Shown one piece after another: positions 47,501 through 62,500 of a DNA stretch of 64,000 bases. Source of the DNA: Monocercomonoides exilis PA203 (taxonomy: Eukaryota; Protista; Preaxostyla); NCBI GenBank assembly GCA_001643675.2, contig LSRY02000052.1, positions 496,001 through 560,000 on the forward strand, read 5' to 3'. The notes under the pieces are model-generated. The model searched no databases. It was not told the origin of the DNA and was given only the letters and a program-made list of their open reading frames with translations. How positions within the stretch are numbered: position 1 is the first letter of the stretch; each line of letters starts with the position of its first letter. A program made the position numbers and the translations under genes.

Positions 47501-50500
47501 GTAGGCATTCAGATTACTTCGTGAATATGCTGCTGCATAGCCTGCAATCAGTTTCCGAAATTGAGATTTTTCTTGAGAATCTTCTTGAAATCCACAAAGC
47601 AGCAACAAAAGTCAAAGCTGGAATTGTGTATGGAATCATCATTCATAAAGATCCTGCGACAGAAGCTTTTCTGAATCATTTATCGTCACTTGCAATAGAA
47701 GTTCGAAAAATTAGAGATTTCTCAGATCCAGCCATCGTCTCGCTCAAATCACAATTTGAAGAAGTGGTGAAAGAGAGTCGTTTGCTGCTGATTGATGCGC
47801 CAAATCACCAGATGATACAGATAGCCTCGCAAAAACCACATTTCCTTCGTTTGACTGCTTCCGAGCTGATTGACTATGCAAGCGCGTTTCTTAAGGGAGA
47901 AAAACAGCTCACTTTACCAGCAGGCATTCTTAATCAGTTCATTCCAGGAGCCCATCAAGTGATCTTCGAAATGTCAGGAGACGGACACACTCTGCACATA
48001 CCATTTATTGCTGACAAAAACGGTGTCAAGTTAATTTACGATGACGAAGATGTGATATTGGATAGAGACATTTGGGCGCTACCTGAGATTCTTTTGAATG
48101 CAAATCGAAAGATTCTGCAAAAGGAACTTGCAACAACAGTGCAATCGCTCGATTCAGAGCCAACATTTTTCAATTGGTTTTCAAATCTGATGTCGCAATA
48201 TGATATCGCTGAACGATACCCCATTCATGTTCAGGTGTTTGTGATTGCCATCCGAGTGTGGTATTCGAGAAGAGTGCAGAAGGCGGCTGATTTATGCGCC
48301 GAGGAGAACTATGAAGAGATGACCCAGACAATGGAAGAAACGAGAAGCGAGCTGCTTCGCTGCTTCTGGCATCTTGTCACTCTGCAAAGATTGTCGTTTC
48401 CAATTGGCAGAGAAAGGCACATCGTTGATATAATCAGAAAAAAGGAACAAAACGAAAAAATTTCTTTGAATGTTCCAAACAAAACTGGAGAACAAAGTAC
48501 AGTTGCTGTAGCACCTCAAACATCTGAGAAGGAAATGAAGGAAATGATAGACAGTCGCTCAACTGATGCAAAACGGAATAAAGACAACATTGAAAACAAC
48601 TCCTCCAACGCTGCTGCTGCTGTTATCGACAAACAGCATATTGATGTGTTCAATTCATTCGACGACGAAGATGATGACGATTTCGATGATGAAATTGAAG
48701 GCAGATTCGCAAGAGGTTCGTCTGAAGATTCAAGCCACAGCAGAGATGAGATTGGCCTTGGTGATTTTCGCTATGATGGTGATGAATATGCGTCTCAACA
48801 AGGAGATTACGGTGCTTCTGTGTTTCCTGACAACAGACTTAAATCAAATCTCGATTCGCAAATGGTGGTGCAGACTTATCGGAAAATGTTGTGTGGGATG
48901 CTTCTACTGTTTATTTCGTTTATTGCCGAAGACCAGCAAAGAATGCAAACACTGAAAGAACTTGGAGGTATTCTAACAAGAGATATCGTTTATTCAGACA
49001 TTTACGGACTTTTTGCACAAAAAGGAGTTGCAGCTCAGCATAGCAAAGCATCCTACACAGGAAATTTTGGGAATGCAGCTCCATCAAAATCTGGTTCTTC
49101 TTTGTTTTCGGATGAAGAATGGAAATTTGACCAGATCGAAATGACAGACTTGAAATGGCATGGGATGATAAACCAGCACGCGTTGAAAAAGCTGATGCTC
49201 AACAGAGTTATGTGTGAGTTTAACGAGAAAGAAAGAAACGCATATTTTGTTGTTGCCTTTTCAGACACATCGTTGGATCAAAATGAAAAGAAAACACGCT
49301 TTGAAAGTGGATTGGAATGGATTCCATCATACCAGTGCCTTCCCCGCGCTCCTAACACCAGAAGTGCTATGTTTCTCAGTGATACGATCTTGGCTTCGTT
49401 TTGCGACTCAACGAAGCCCAATGCCAGGATCTGTGGTCCATGTTTGATGACTGAAGACACCACGCACGTGTTGGCGAAGTGCTATTTCTTGGACACGGTT
49501 CATTCACTGAACAGGAATGTGTACGTCTTCCAGTGCACTCCACTGACTGATTCAAATGATATAAAGAAATACCTTGTAACTACAATGGTGGATGCTGGCT
49601 TCGTGCTAATTGAAGGGCTGGAGTTACTGCAACCGCTTGTTCGACGATCGCTCGCAGATTTCTTGCAAGATTTGTGGAGATGGAGGAATATGCATCAATC
49701 AACTCAAAGTGGGTTTGTTCAAATGAATCTTGAAGGATTAAAAACACAGATAAAACTCCCGCTGAGTGATTGGGTTGTGACAGGGCTGTTTAGAAGCGAG
49801 GATGGATGCAATGGAGTTCTTCCGGATAGTTTGGAGATGATCTTCACACCAATTGTGATGCCTCATGTTGAAACAGAGTACTGGATCAAGTGTCAGTTGG
49901 CAATGCAAGGATTTACTCAGTTTACCGGTCTCAGCCAAAAAATATCCACTTTCTTGGATGCCTTTATCAAGCTTTTGCCTTATGAATTCAGTCAGACACA
50001 AAATCAAGCGCAGGCAAAGTTAATCAGCATCCAGTTTTTGGAAGGGTTTGCATCAGAAGCAGGCGATTTGATGAGGCAGCTATTCTTTGAAAGGGAACAT
50101 AAGGTTAATGCTAATGAAGAAAATGAAAGAGATGGAAAATTTATGAGATGGGAAGGAGTGCAAAGTGTGACTACAGACGGGGTGCATTTGTTTCTGAGAG
50201 AAGATGTTCCATTGCTTGAGGAGTTGGCATGCAGAGTGACACTTACGAAATGGGTGGACTCAATCTTTTCAACGCTCATCCCAATGGCATTGATAGATCC
50301 TGTACACACATCAAATCCAATGGCAGATGATGCAAAGCTTGCATTGCCTCCGCTGCTGGAAACAGTTCATCAACTTTTGGATTCCTCATTTCCTGAGACT
50401 GCTCAAAAGTCAAATTTGAATATTTCTTCTTTTATGAACTCATCATCACTCAATTTCTCATCCGCAATTCCATCTTCTGGTGCACGCAGTGAAGATAGAA

Positions 50501-53500
50501 TAATTCGACGTATCGATGCACAGCATGTGCCAGCATCATTTACTGGACTCTGCTATCAAATAGCTCGTGAGATTGGAGTGGCAATGGACGATGTGTTAGC
50601 ACAAAAGTGTTGGGAGGCTTATCGCATCAGCATTTCTTCGTGGGTCCTTTTTCTGAATGGGCCTCCTGGCTGTGGAAAAAATACTATCATAAAAATACTA
50701 TCTTCGCTGTTTCATCGAAATTCTCCTCGTCAACTGCAGCCTCGTGTGATATACTTAGACCTCTCTGTATTCACAACAAACAGTCCTGACGTGTCCATTA
50801 GAAGAGAAACTATCATGAACTTTTTGTGCTCACGAATTTCATCTGAGCTACGCAGAAGCGAGATTGATTCAACGGGAGATCCAAGCATAGGAGGAAGTAC
50901 ATCTGATGAAGAATCTTCTGAGCTGGCTCCAATTTGGATTGTTGTTCCTGCGCTCAATCCGCTTTCAATGCCATCCATTCACTCGTGCTTCCAGCAGCTG
51001 TTTATGTGCTGCATTTCAGAAATGAATAATGCCATCGAATTTAATTTTTCACATTTCGAACGACTTGTCTTGCCTCTCAAATCGAAGTTGATTTATTCAG
51101 TAAGCTGCTCACAGTTTGAGATAGTTCCTTCTCTAGCTCAGTTCCATCCAATCGTCTCTGTTCAATTCTCTTCGCTTACTGTGCTCAACTGGATATTTGA
51201 GAGTTGGGCAAAGAACTCTGGAGACTGCATACCTTCTGAGTATCTGGAGTCCGTTATACTATTGCTCCGATTATCGATTCAAAAATGCTTAAACTATCTG
51301 CGATTTGTGACATTCTCTTGTGAACACTTTGGAACATCGAGGATTCCGGTAATTGGATTGATACAAACAACTGTTTCAATTTTTACAAGTTTGACCATTT
51401 TGTACAACAGACATTTCAGTGAGAAGCTCCACATGGGCATCTTGAAACTGTTTATTGTGTATTCAGTCATGTGGGGGATGGGCGGACATCTCAAAAGCCG
51501 CCCAGTTGCACTCGATTTGCTGGAGCAATGGCATTCGCATTGGAAAAAGCATCATCCTATTCAAAAAATTCTCTCGTCAATTGATAATGTGGTAATTGGT
51601 GTGTCTTCAAGTCAAAGTGCAACAGCATCACATGTTGTAAAAATGGAGTCGCCGTTGGTTGATGATGAAAGAGCTAAGAAAAGCGATATTATTTGGAGAG
51701 AAGACTTTGATGTTTGGTTTCGTGGTGCATTTGAGAAAGAAGCAGAATTTGGAAAGAGTGGGACAATATTTGAGTATATCGTGGATCCTGTGCATCACCA
51801 AATGGTGCATATTTCTGATGCAACGAAGTGGAGGCATGTGTTAGACTATCTTGATCTCAATCAGCATGTTCCTCTGCTTCTGCAGCATTTCATTCCTTTC
51901 CTTCAAATATCTTATGTTTCTGCATTGTGCTCGTTTGCAGGGCGCCCAGTTCTTTTGCTGGATGACTTATTTATTGAATTTACCAGAATGTCAGCTTGCG
52001 TTGGTGATGTGTTAACAACCATTCAACACGAATTCCTTCCATTTTCTTGCGCATGGACACAGATATGTTCTGCAAAGATACATCATCCTGTAACATACCA
52101 TGTTCAGCTTGGCCATCTCACAAACACAGCAGCAAAAGATTATTGCACTCATTTTATTCCACTTGGATCGCTATACACCATTCCGATGTGCCCCACTCGT
52201 ACTGTCCTTATCACAATTTCAGATAACAGGCGCCTCGAACCAGAGTGGATCCCGCACAAGGAGCAAGACGTTCGAAGAAAACCGGAACTTCTCAGTGCAG
52301 CAGTGAACATGTTTCACGCACAGTTCTGCCGAAGATTTGTGTTTGATTCTGAAACAAAGCCACGAACAACAATACATCAAAACCCAATTATTCTAACAGC
52401 AAACAACGAATCCTATTTCAGCTTTCCTGAGAATGTGGTTGCCACAAACCACTACTCCACATTTGTAATTCCTCACCCCACAATTGATGATTTTATAGCA
52501 ATCGGAAAAGAAGTGTGGAACAACGGAGATATGCGACAGTACATTGCGCAGTGCCCTCCAGCGGATAATGTTGGAATGCCTCGTGTTTTTGGAGGGAAAG
52601 AGTTGTACGACTTCTATTTTGGCAACGTTATTCCTGCCACAATAAACTTTCATTTGCTTATGCTGAATAAAGACAAAGGACAGCAGATGCCAACTCTCAC
52701 AATGTTTGTGAACGTGCTTCGTTCTATCACAAACTCCAACAATGCCTTTTACCAAGATCTGGAGCTTCTTGCTGCTTTGTGGCTGTGGGAGTGCAAGCGA
52801 ATCTACATCATTGCCCAGCCCACAATGCGCGTGACTCTGATCCTCAGAGAAATGCTGGAAACTGTTTATGAGTCGTTCTTTGGAAGCAATGCAAGCGAGG
52901 CGTCACGATACTCTTTTGCACCGTTTGGAGGTGATGGAACCCGCTTTACGCTTCCGCTTCTTCTTGACACAAAAAAGAAGACAACTTCGCAGACTGTGCA
53001 AAAAGTGTATGCACGACTGGCAGAGCTTTCATCAGATTATACTTCGTACTCTCTACATATCACAAGCTGCCTCTGCCACAGCGTCGACTTCACAAATGCT
53101 GTTCTGATGATGATGGAGTCGCTTGTTGAGTCATCATACCCTATTTTTGCGTCGGACACAGATGGTCATCTGATGTGCCTACTTTTCGATGCGCTTTCCT
53201 TTGCTTTGGGAATCAATCTTTCGCAGGCACGTTTCCCTGCAAATCACAGCACCGTCAAGCGGTTTCTGGATTCTCTCGCGAAGTTCATTGTGGGTGCTGG
53301 ATCGTTGCAACCCACATACGGATTTTCTGATTCTGCTTCGATCGAACAATCACTTTCCGGTACAAGCGCCACCGCAACAACAGTTGTCAGTCCATCATCC
53401 CCTTGTGCCTCAGAGAATGTTCCAACATCGTCAACTTCATCTTCGTCTTCGTCTTCACATGCAAGTTCCAGAGATATCTTGCTGAGAACAGGTTGGAGAA

Positions 53501-56500
53501 GAGACAAGGGCACAGGTCGCAGCGAAAACACCTCACGACGTTTTGGAATGAAGCACCAATCAGATATTGAAAGCATCTTTCTTGTTCATCTAGGCAAGCC
53601 AAGTGCAGAATTTCACATACTTGTGAATGTGCTGAATTGCGTGTTTATTGAAGGAGCAATACCAAACTACATGAAATCTGGAATTGTCACTCCAATTGGT
53701 GCTGATGACGACAGCTTGCTTGAGACTATCACTTATGATAACGTGCTTCTGTATGTAATTGGACGTGTGACAGACGGGCTGGCGCAGCTGGGCAGGTCGA
53801 ATGTTACTGGCACAGACATTGACACGATCATCAAAAATGTCTCGCTTACTTCGCGTGTTGTGTTGTACTCCATAGAGCATAATGTCTGCTATACGCGTCC
53901 CTTCTTTCAGATGATGCAACGGATGTTTGTGCATTTTCATGCCCCGCTGCTGAAGGATTCATCCAAAAGGAGAATAATCAGCAATATAATTTCCCCAGCA
54001 ATGCAAAACTTAAGGACTTTTCTGTACACAAGTAACACTTCGTACCTGCTGTCTCTCACTTCCTCATCAACTGTTTCTGCTTCGAATACTTCTAACACTT
54101 TAGCTCCTTCAGGCTCCGTTCAGCCTTCTTTGAATGCTTTTTCGAAACCGTCTTTTGCTTCGCCAACGACAGCCTCTGCAATCGCGTTATCGTCTGGAAG
54201 CACTGCTGTGTTGTCATCTTCGTCTTCCTCTTATCCACCTTCTTCTCCAACAGCAATGAAGAAAAAAAACTCTAATCAGTCAGTTACAACTCCTACGTCA
54301 ATTGCATTGAATTCTGATGGTGTGTCTCCTTCTTCCTCTTCACCTTCGACAGCATCATCTTTTGACTTCGAGAAAATTCCAGTTGTTGGAGTTACGATTC
54401 GTGTTCTTCTGTCTCTTTTCAACAGTGCTGTCAATTTGTCTCAAGCATCCGATTCTGAGCGTTCCATTTGGAATCACGTGAGCGAAGGCAATGTCGGCAG
54501 CTCGTTTTTCGTGGGGCATGTTTCTCTGTGCGATTTGGTCTCCTTTTCTGAGTTTTTCAGTCGGCTTCTGTTTTTCACTGTCTGCTTTTACCAGAGAAGC
54601 GTTGTGTATTGTGAATCAACAATTTCTTTGATCGATGCATTTCAGAGGAATCTGGAGAAGTTGCGGCAGAGCTTATCCCAGATTCAAGTGATGCTGTCTG
54701 GAAATGAGCATCTAAATGCAATCAAGAAGCGGATCCAGTTGCTGCAAAATACAGCATTGCACAAAATGGAGGAGAAGTACAAGTTGGGAGAGGAAAAAGA
54801 AACGTTGGAGCAGAAATTGCGGGAAGAGAGCAATCGTGGGAGAATCACTGTGGAGATTGGGAACATGGCAGCTGAGTATCTGGTTGCGCTGAAAGAAGTT
54901 GCGTGGTTGCATCCATCTGTGCTCTTGGACTTCCACAACGTTGCTTCGCTCAATCCAGCGGGAAGGAAAATATCTGACTCGCTATTTAGCTTCTTCCAGC
55001 CTTTGCCTTCGAATGCGCGCAATCTCCAGAGTCTCTCAACGGGGCAGATTATGTTCAAGCTGCTACAAACTGACCCCACACAGATATCTTCAGCAGCTCT
55101 TCGCGATGTTACACAGCGGCTGAGCGACGAAGTCTCAGAAAATGACTTACCAGCGCTGAATGGTGTTATTAGGCATCTTCTTAAATGGCTGACTCGCATG
55201 TGTTCGATTGCAAGGAAATCGAAAAAGTTGAAAGAGGCAGAAAAGAAAGTGCTGTCGATTATGTTAAGATTGGTGAGAACGAACGTGCTGATCGAACGAA
55301 ACAAGCAAAAAGTGAACAGCATCAATTGTGAAAGAGATGTTGCTGAAAAGGCACTGAGCTTGCTTCAGCAAGGGAGCACCCAAACGGAGGAGTTGCTTCA
55401 AAAAGGAAGGGGAATACTGATTCGAACCGAAGAGATGTACAGCGGAATGGTCAGCACAGCAGAGAAGTTGCGAAAGGCCATTTTGATTGACAAGGCAACA
55501 CTCGCCACAGCAATAGGCGACTGTATCTTTACAGCAGCAAATTTCTGTCTGACTCAATTCTTCAACTACGAAATCAGGCAACTGTTCCAAAAGGACATTG
55601 TGATTGGAGAGATAAGCAAACAGCACGTGCCTATTGCACACAACATTGATCCTCTTTTGGTTGTTGGACGTCTGGACTTTCAGCTTCTGTCAGATGCATT
55701 TGTGGCTCTGCAGCAGTTTTCAACAGAGTTAGAATCAGGTGATTGTGCTGGGCTGCTGTCAGCAGATATGAATGTGCTAATTAATCAGCTTATTCAAAGT
55801 TCAAATGAAAGTCAGCTTCGAAAAGTCATTCCTCTTTTCTCAAACGAAGAAAATGTCACGGAACCTTCGCTTGAACGCAATGAAACGATCAATCGTATGG
55901 ATATTAATCAACAGGTTGGATTTGACATGCACCAACCTGTTCCTTTTGAGAAGCAAGTTTCGTTTGTGGCAGATTCATTTCCAGTGTTGACAAGTCCAGT
56001 TGCAAAAAGACGACAGCGCTCAGATTCAATATCTTCCATCATTTCTGAATCAAGTGTGAATAATGTTCGGCTTCAACATGTTCCAGTGCAGATTCCATCT
56101 CTCGTCAAGACATTCCGAGCTCATCATCTATCCTTCTATTTGCTCTCAGACGAGATTGCACAGTTTGCCTGCCCCAAAATCATCAGATTCTCAGACACAT
56201 ACCAAAATACGAGGTCACTCTACAGCAGAAACTTCAACGCATCGCAAATTGAAGAGAAGCAGACAGAACAACAGTTTCTTTCATCGTACTATGCACTGAG
56301 TGCAAATGCTTCTCAGCAAACTGTTAATCAATCGTCTTCATCCAGCCCTTCTCCGTCTGTGATGCCTTCAGCAACTCTTCAGCTTCAGACGCTGGCAAAT
56401 ACACAAAATCAACAGATTCCTACGGCAAACAACCAAACGCTGCTACAGTCGAATCTCACATCTACATCTCCAGCTGCAGATGTGCTGTCAACTGCTCTGA

Positions 56501-59500
56501 ATTCAAGTGCCTTTTACAGCTACAGCGGAGCTCAGCGGAACATGTGTGATCTTCTTTCATTTATTCTGTTCTCCCGCTCCTTTTTCCACGAAATGCTGTC
56601 ATATGATCGACTTTTCGTGACTGCTGGCTTTGAGTCTTCCATTCAGAATCCTGTCTTTCCCAGAACTTCGCTCACAATTAAGATCCCTCTGATCATTGAT
56701 CCATACGAAATCATCACTTCGAAGCAGGAAGGGCACTCCCCAGAAGCCAACAACTCTGTATTCACACTGTATGGCATTAAGAACCCCACGACATCTCCAT
56801 TTATCATCTCTCTGAAAAAGCCAGATGCCTATCTGAAAACGGTCCAGGCCGTCTCACTGCTGAATCTATCTGCCCTTCAGAGCATTTCTCATGCATCATC
56901 TTCTGAGGACATCAAGCAAGAGCCAGCTGAAGAGCAAAAGCTTTTTGAAGAGCAAAATGATCCAAAAACGGCAGCTGGTTTCACAACAAGTGTGTTTCCT
57001 GGATTGGCTACTTCTCCTGTCTCTGTTGATGCATCTCACGTTCCCTCTCTTATCATTCAGTCTGATTCAACTCGCTCGCTTCTCGCAAGCTCTGACCATT
57101 CGACTGGAAAATTGAAGTATAGCATGCAAAAGCCAGAGAAAGAGTTGAACAGCGAAAAGAGGAATTGCATAATTTTATGTGATGTGAATGACACAACGAT
57201 GACACCTCAGTTGGAGCATTTCTTTGCATCGTTTGCATTTCATTCTGGAAATCATGAGCCAACCGTTTCTTCTCCAATTCAAGCACAGTTTGACAGTCTC
57301 AACTCGCCTATTCATCCTGGTCGTGCAAGAGCAGATTTCTCTGCTTCTCCTTCGTCATCTTCTTCTTATTCTCATCTGTTCCCTTCTGATCCTTCGCTTT
57401 CTCATCTTCAAAATGATTTTACGACAAACATGTTTTCACTGACGATGCACAGCACAGGAACGTATGATTGCTTCAATCCAACGCTTCTCCCACCATTCAC
57501 TCTGCGCAACAACGTCGATCTCATCCTGATTGCGTCCAAAGATCCAGACAGCACATTCCAGGGGAGATGGTCGCAGCTTGTCATGCCGCATATTATGACT
57601 CCCTCTGAGCATCTGCTCCGGATGTGGCTGGCTCCATCGGTCGGAAAGCTGATATCCACTCATCTGCAGCAGACAACTGCACGAGAGCTGTTTGGCAGCT
57701 CAAACCTGTCGCTATTTCCAAACATTGGTCAGACAATTCAAATAGACGATTTACGATTGAGTTTCCTGGCTAACCTTCTGGTGCTTGTGTATGAGGTAGC
57801 ACAGCCAGCTGGTTCTCCATTCACATTCCAAAATGACTCTCTGTTTGGAGACGATGATGATCCAAACAAGTCTAAAGATGACGAATCAAAGAAATTGAGC
57901 AAGGAGTCAAGGGCGACATATAGCGATTTGAACAGAAGCATGTCGTTTGACAGCGTCAGCGACACATCAACAGAGCTGGCATCTTTTGATTCAGAATTGT
58001 TTAGCACAACATCCATCATTCTTGAAAAGAATGATGAAATCGGATTGAAAGGAAGCAATGCTTCCAAAGCAGACACATCGCTTGTTGTTCCCTTTGTGAT
58101 GCTGACGCTGTGGAATCAGCAGCAATATTCGGATGTGAATGAGCGCTTTGTCCAGTTCCAGCAGCGGGAAACGCAGCTGACAGACGCAGAATCGCGCCTG
58201 ATCAACTCGCTGCGGTGGTTGCTCTTTTGCTTCACGTGGGAAGCAAACTTCTCTCGTGCCATTGTTGACAACGCATCTATTTACGGCTTCTGTGCACTTC
58301 GGATGAGCAGCTTACCGTTTGGAGAGCTGAGTCCACGCTGTTGGATGACCAGACTGTTTTCAGATATAATCGACAACATCATGTCGATCGTCAAGCATAC
58401 CATCAGCGAAGGAGATGACAGTCAGGAAAACTACTCAAATGCAACGTCGATGCAGCAACTGGACACTTCAATGGGATACTCTTCGAGTGCATTTGATTCC
58501 TCGCTGGAAGCATCATCAATCGAAAGCAGCGGTTCATCATCACTTCTTTCCGACTCATCCAGCCCGACCTCTCAGCACTCTCTTTTCAGAGACAGATCTT
58601 CTGATTCTTCCAGCTACACAACTCCCCGTGCACGCTTTCCTCCACTCAGAGAAACAGAACAGCAGGAAATTGAGATATGTCAAAAGAGAATGATGAAGCT
58701 GCAACATCTGATGGACTGCGGTGCATCTCCAATCGGATTGACTGATGAGCTTAGAATAACAACAATGCAGCGGATAACATCTTCGTTTTGGGCGAAGACT
58801 CATCGAGAATCGTCTTCGATGGCTGATTATTTTTCGCTTGTGCTGTTTGCAGCTCTGCAGCTGTCTGAGAACACGAGAGACAGCCCATCACCCATCGAGC
58901 GTGATGCCCTGCTCTATCCAGCCACTCTTCTTCTCCACGAAACATCTGCCGTGTCGAATTCTGCGCGCAACGACGACTTCAACTTCCTGTCGCAGGCTGT
59001 CTCTTTTCTTGAGTTCTCTCATCTGAACTTTCCGGTGCAGACAGCTGCGCTGCAGTCAGCTGGTCTGATACCGATAAACCCCGTTCCGTCGTGGCTTCCG
59101 CTAACCATCTGGAAAAACATCTTTACTCTCTCAACAATTTGCCCGGTGTTCCGCCCACTCATTTCTGATCTAGATCCACACTCACATGCCATCTTCTCGT
59201 TCATCGACCACCTGCCAATCAACACAAAGAGCACAAAGCAGACTATGCTGCGTATTGTTCTGGAGACAAACGTGTCCAATCAGTCGAGGCAGTCAAAGCT
59301 GAGCAGACACGCTTCATTAGAAGCATCACAGCGCCGCTTACTCACTTCGATGCACTCACAGGAGCTGTCTTCGCTGAATCAGCTATTTCAGATAGCAAAC
59401 CAGGCAAGTTCTAAGGACGATCCACTGTCAATGAAGCTGAGCGCTTTCCGTGGGATGAGCATCTCTTCAATCTATTTAGGCACAAAAAGCCGAATGCCAC

Positions 59501-62500
59501 TGGAGGAGCTGGATGTGAGTGATGTGTCAGATTCATCTGCAAGAAAGCATCCATTCAGGAAAGAGAATTACGCAGTGAACATTCCGTTCTCGTCAAGTGA
59601 TGGAAATATTTCATCATCTGCTGAGAGAGGAGGAGACAGAGATGTATTGTCCAACATTCCTCATGTTACGAAGCCCACTTTTCATTCAGATCTGCATACA
59701 TCATCTCCAAATGAACTGAATTCATATAGAAATTTCAACCGCGATGGAACAGGAGATGCATTTGGATCAAATGCAACTTCGTTAATCTCTTCCTTGTCAT
59801 CTTCATCTTCTCCTTCTTCTTCTGCAACTTCCTCTTCAACATCTGCAAATGTGCTTTTCACAAACTCACAGCGCAAATGGGCTGAGTGGTTCAACGAAGA
59901 GTCGCCAGAGCGTGTTGAACTGCCAAATGCTCAGCTGCAGACACTCACTGTATTTCAGCGCCTCCTTTTGATAATTGCATTCCGCCCTGACAGAACTATT
60001 CCTGCGATGCTGGCGGCAATTGATTCCCAGCCTCAGCTCGGTCTGGGTATAGCCTTCTTCCATGGCTCAATGCCATCCATCGTTTCCTCTTCAATTGCGA
60101 CATCGACGCACATCCCACAGGCATTTTCTGCCTCTTCGGAGATTCTTCTGCCCAGTTCGTACTTTTACACAGGCGCCCTCACGTTGGAGTGGCTTGTGGA
60201 CAAAATAGAGGCCAGTCCGCGCTCAGACCATGTTTATGTACCGCAGACAACAGCCGAGCTGAGCGTGATCAGCCTGGCGCTGCAAAGCTACGGAGTGACA
60301 CTTGCACTTTCAGAACGGCGTGTCATTTTTGACATTTCGCGTGTGGCTGTCAAACGAGGCGTTGCACTGCGACAGATCCATCTTTCTGAGCATTTCAGAG
60401 CAGCGAAGTTTCGTTCAGAAATCAAAAGGAAAAAGTCAGTCCGTATTTCGGAAGAGCAGATATGGAATGAGGCATGGACGGACGTAGAGGAAGAGCTGGA
60501 CAAAGGGACAAAAGCGAAAGAATGGATTGTGTTTTCTGGATTGTATTTGGCACCTCGCTCGTTCATTCAGAAACTGTGTGAATGGGGCAACCGGACAATA
60601 AAGCGAACCTCTTTTTACTTCCAGTTGGCATCGAGGAAAAGGCAGGCAATTCTTTGGCTTTTGTTTCCAGAGGCTGAGTATTCCGATCCGAACTCAGCAC
60701 TCAACTCGTTCCATGGAGACATCATCTGCAACAGCAAGAAGATGTTCATCCGCATTCCGGTTTCTTTTCGCGGGACACTTGCCGCATCGCTGACGGCTGC
60801 TGTGATGGAGTTTGATCCACAGCGGGTGAACGACATTGTGAAGCATTATGAGCCGAACAGCGTGAAAGATGGGCAGACAAGCAGATACATTGTACATCTT
60901 CTGTTTCTGCTTGTATGTTTCCACTCGCTTCTTGTTGAGTATATCCGCGTTCAGTCACGGAATCGAGGGCAGACTAAGGTGATGGTATATACAGAAAGTG
61001 TATTCACCATTCTTGATCTTGTTGCAGGAATTGTTGACCAGTCACTGGGAAGGCGCAGCAGAAGCGGAGCAGATGGTGGTAGAGACTCATCATTTGATAG
61101 CTGGATGTGGTCATCTCTGCACGAAAGCATACTCACCAGAGTGTATCCGTATCTGATGGGACATGTGGATGTGTCAGTGATCAAAGCACTGATGGCTGTG
61201 ATTATACATCCAGACAGGTTTGCAAAGCAATCGGCATCTGTCATTTCCTCTTCATCAGCATCTTCCTCTGCGTCTTCTTCTACTTCTTATTCTTCCTATT
61301 CATCTTCTTCTGGAAGAGATAATTTATTCTCAGTGTATTCAGACATACCTGCTCCTGTTGATGAGATGGGCTTTTCTGATCTCTCGCAGCATCTTTCCAT
61401 TATTCTCCGCCCTTCCACCGCAATAAAATCGAATGGTGTGTTGGAAAGTGGAAGTGGCGGAATGTTTTCATTTGTCCGGATGTCTGAATTGCACAAGGCG
61501 CAAACTGTGATACAACTTTGTCTTGCAAATCTGATTGGAAGCACTGAAAAGCTGAGTAATTCAGTTGTTTTGGCGCCGAACGGGATGAACTTCGATATCG
61601 ACAGCAACAGCTGGGAGATGCAGCCGAAATCAGAGCAGATGATGTCGAACGTGCGCTGCTTCTTGTCGCCACAGCAGTATTATCTCACATCATCCCGTTT
61701 TATGTGCCTTATATCGTCAAGTCAGATGCTGTTTCATCCTGCTTTCGTTCTGAGGCTATGCGATGAAGTCAAAGAGATATTTCCTTTGAAGCTCTTCAAC
61801 ATCCCCGCAATTATGCAGGCGGTGACTGCAATCTGCCTGTCAGAAAAGGATATTCCCCCAGTCATCATTTCCCTTCTCCGAGAAATGAATCTTGTGAACT
61901 GTGTGATCTCTCGCATCCACAGCTTTGTGGATCATCTGCCTTCTTTCTGGTCTTTGTCTCAGCTCTCAGCCAGCAAGTATGCATCCAACCGCTTTTCGAT
62001 GCCTTTGGAGGATGCTGTTTTGGGCAGCGAGTATATCATCACAACGTCGATGAACCAGCTGCTGAACATCAACTTGGCTTCTCGTTCAACCTCCTTCATT
62101 CAGAGCTGGAACCATCTGTCTCGCGGAGAAACGCCTTTGGAGTGGCTCACTCTGTCGCCCACAAACAAAAGCATCATGTTTTCTTCATCAACTGATCCTC
62201 ACCTGCCTCTGCTACTTCCGTGGACAAACTATCTTTTGGGTGTGATTGAGCAGCTGCACCGCTTGTTCTCCTTTATTCCTACCAGCCACCGCGTTGTACA
62301 GGAAACAGACGCTCCTCTGTCCACCCCGTCTCTTCTGGCAAAGGGCGAAATTGCACTCAAATCGTCGCTTGCCATTCAGCCAGACTTTCTCGTTGAGCCA
62401 GAGGCATTTCTGGTGAGCATGCAGCTGGAGGCCACAAATGCAATCAACTTCTGCATTGCTATCAAGTCGCAGATGAATGAAGATTCGATGCATCTGCAAT

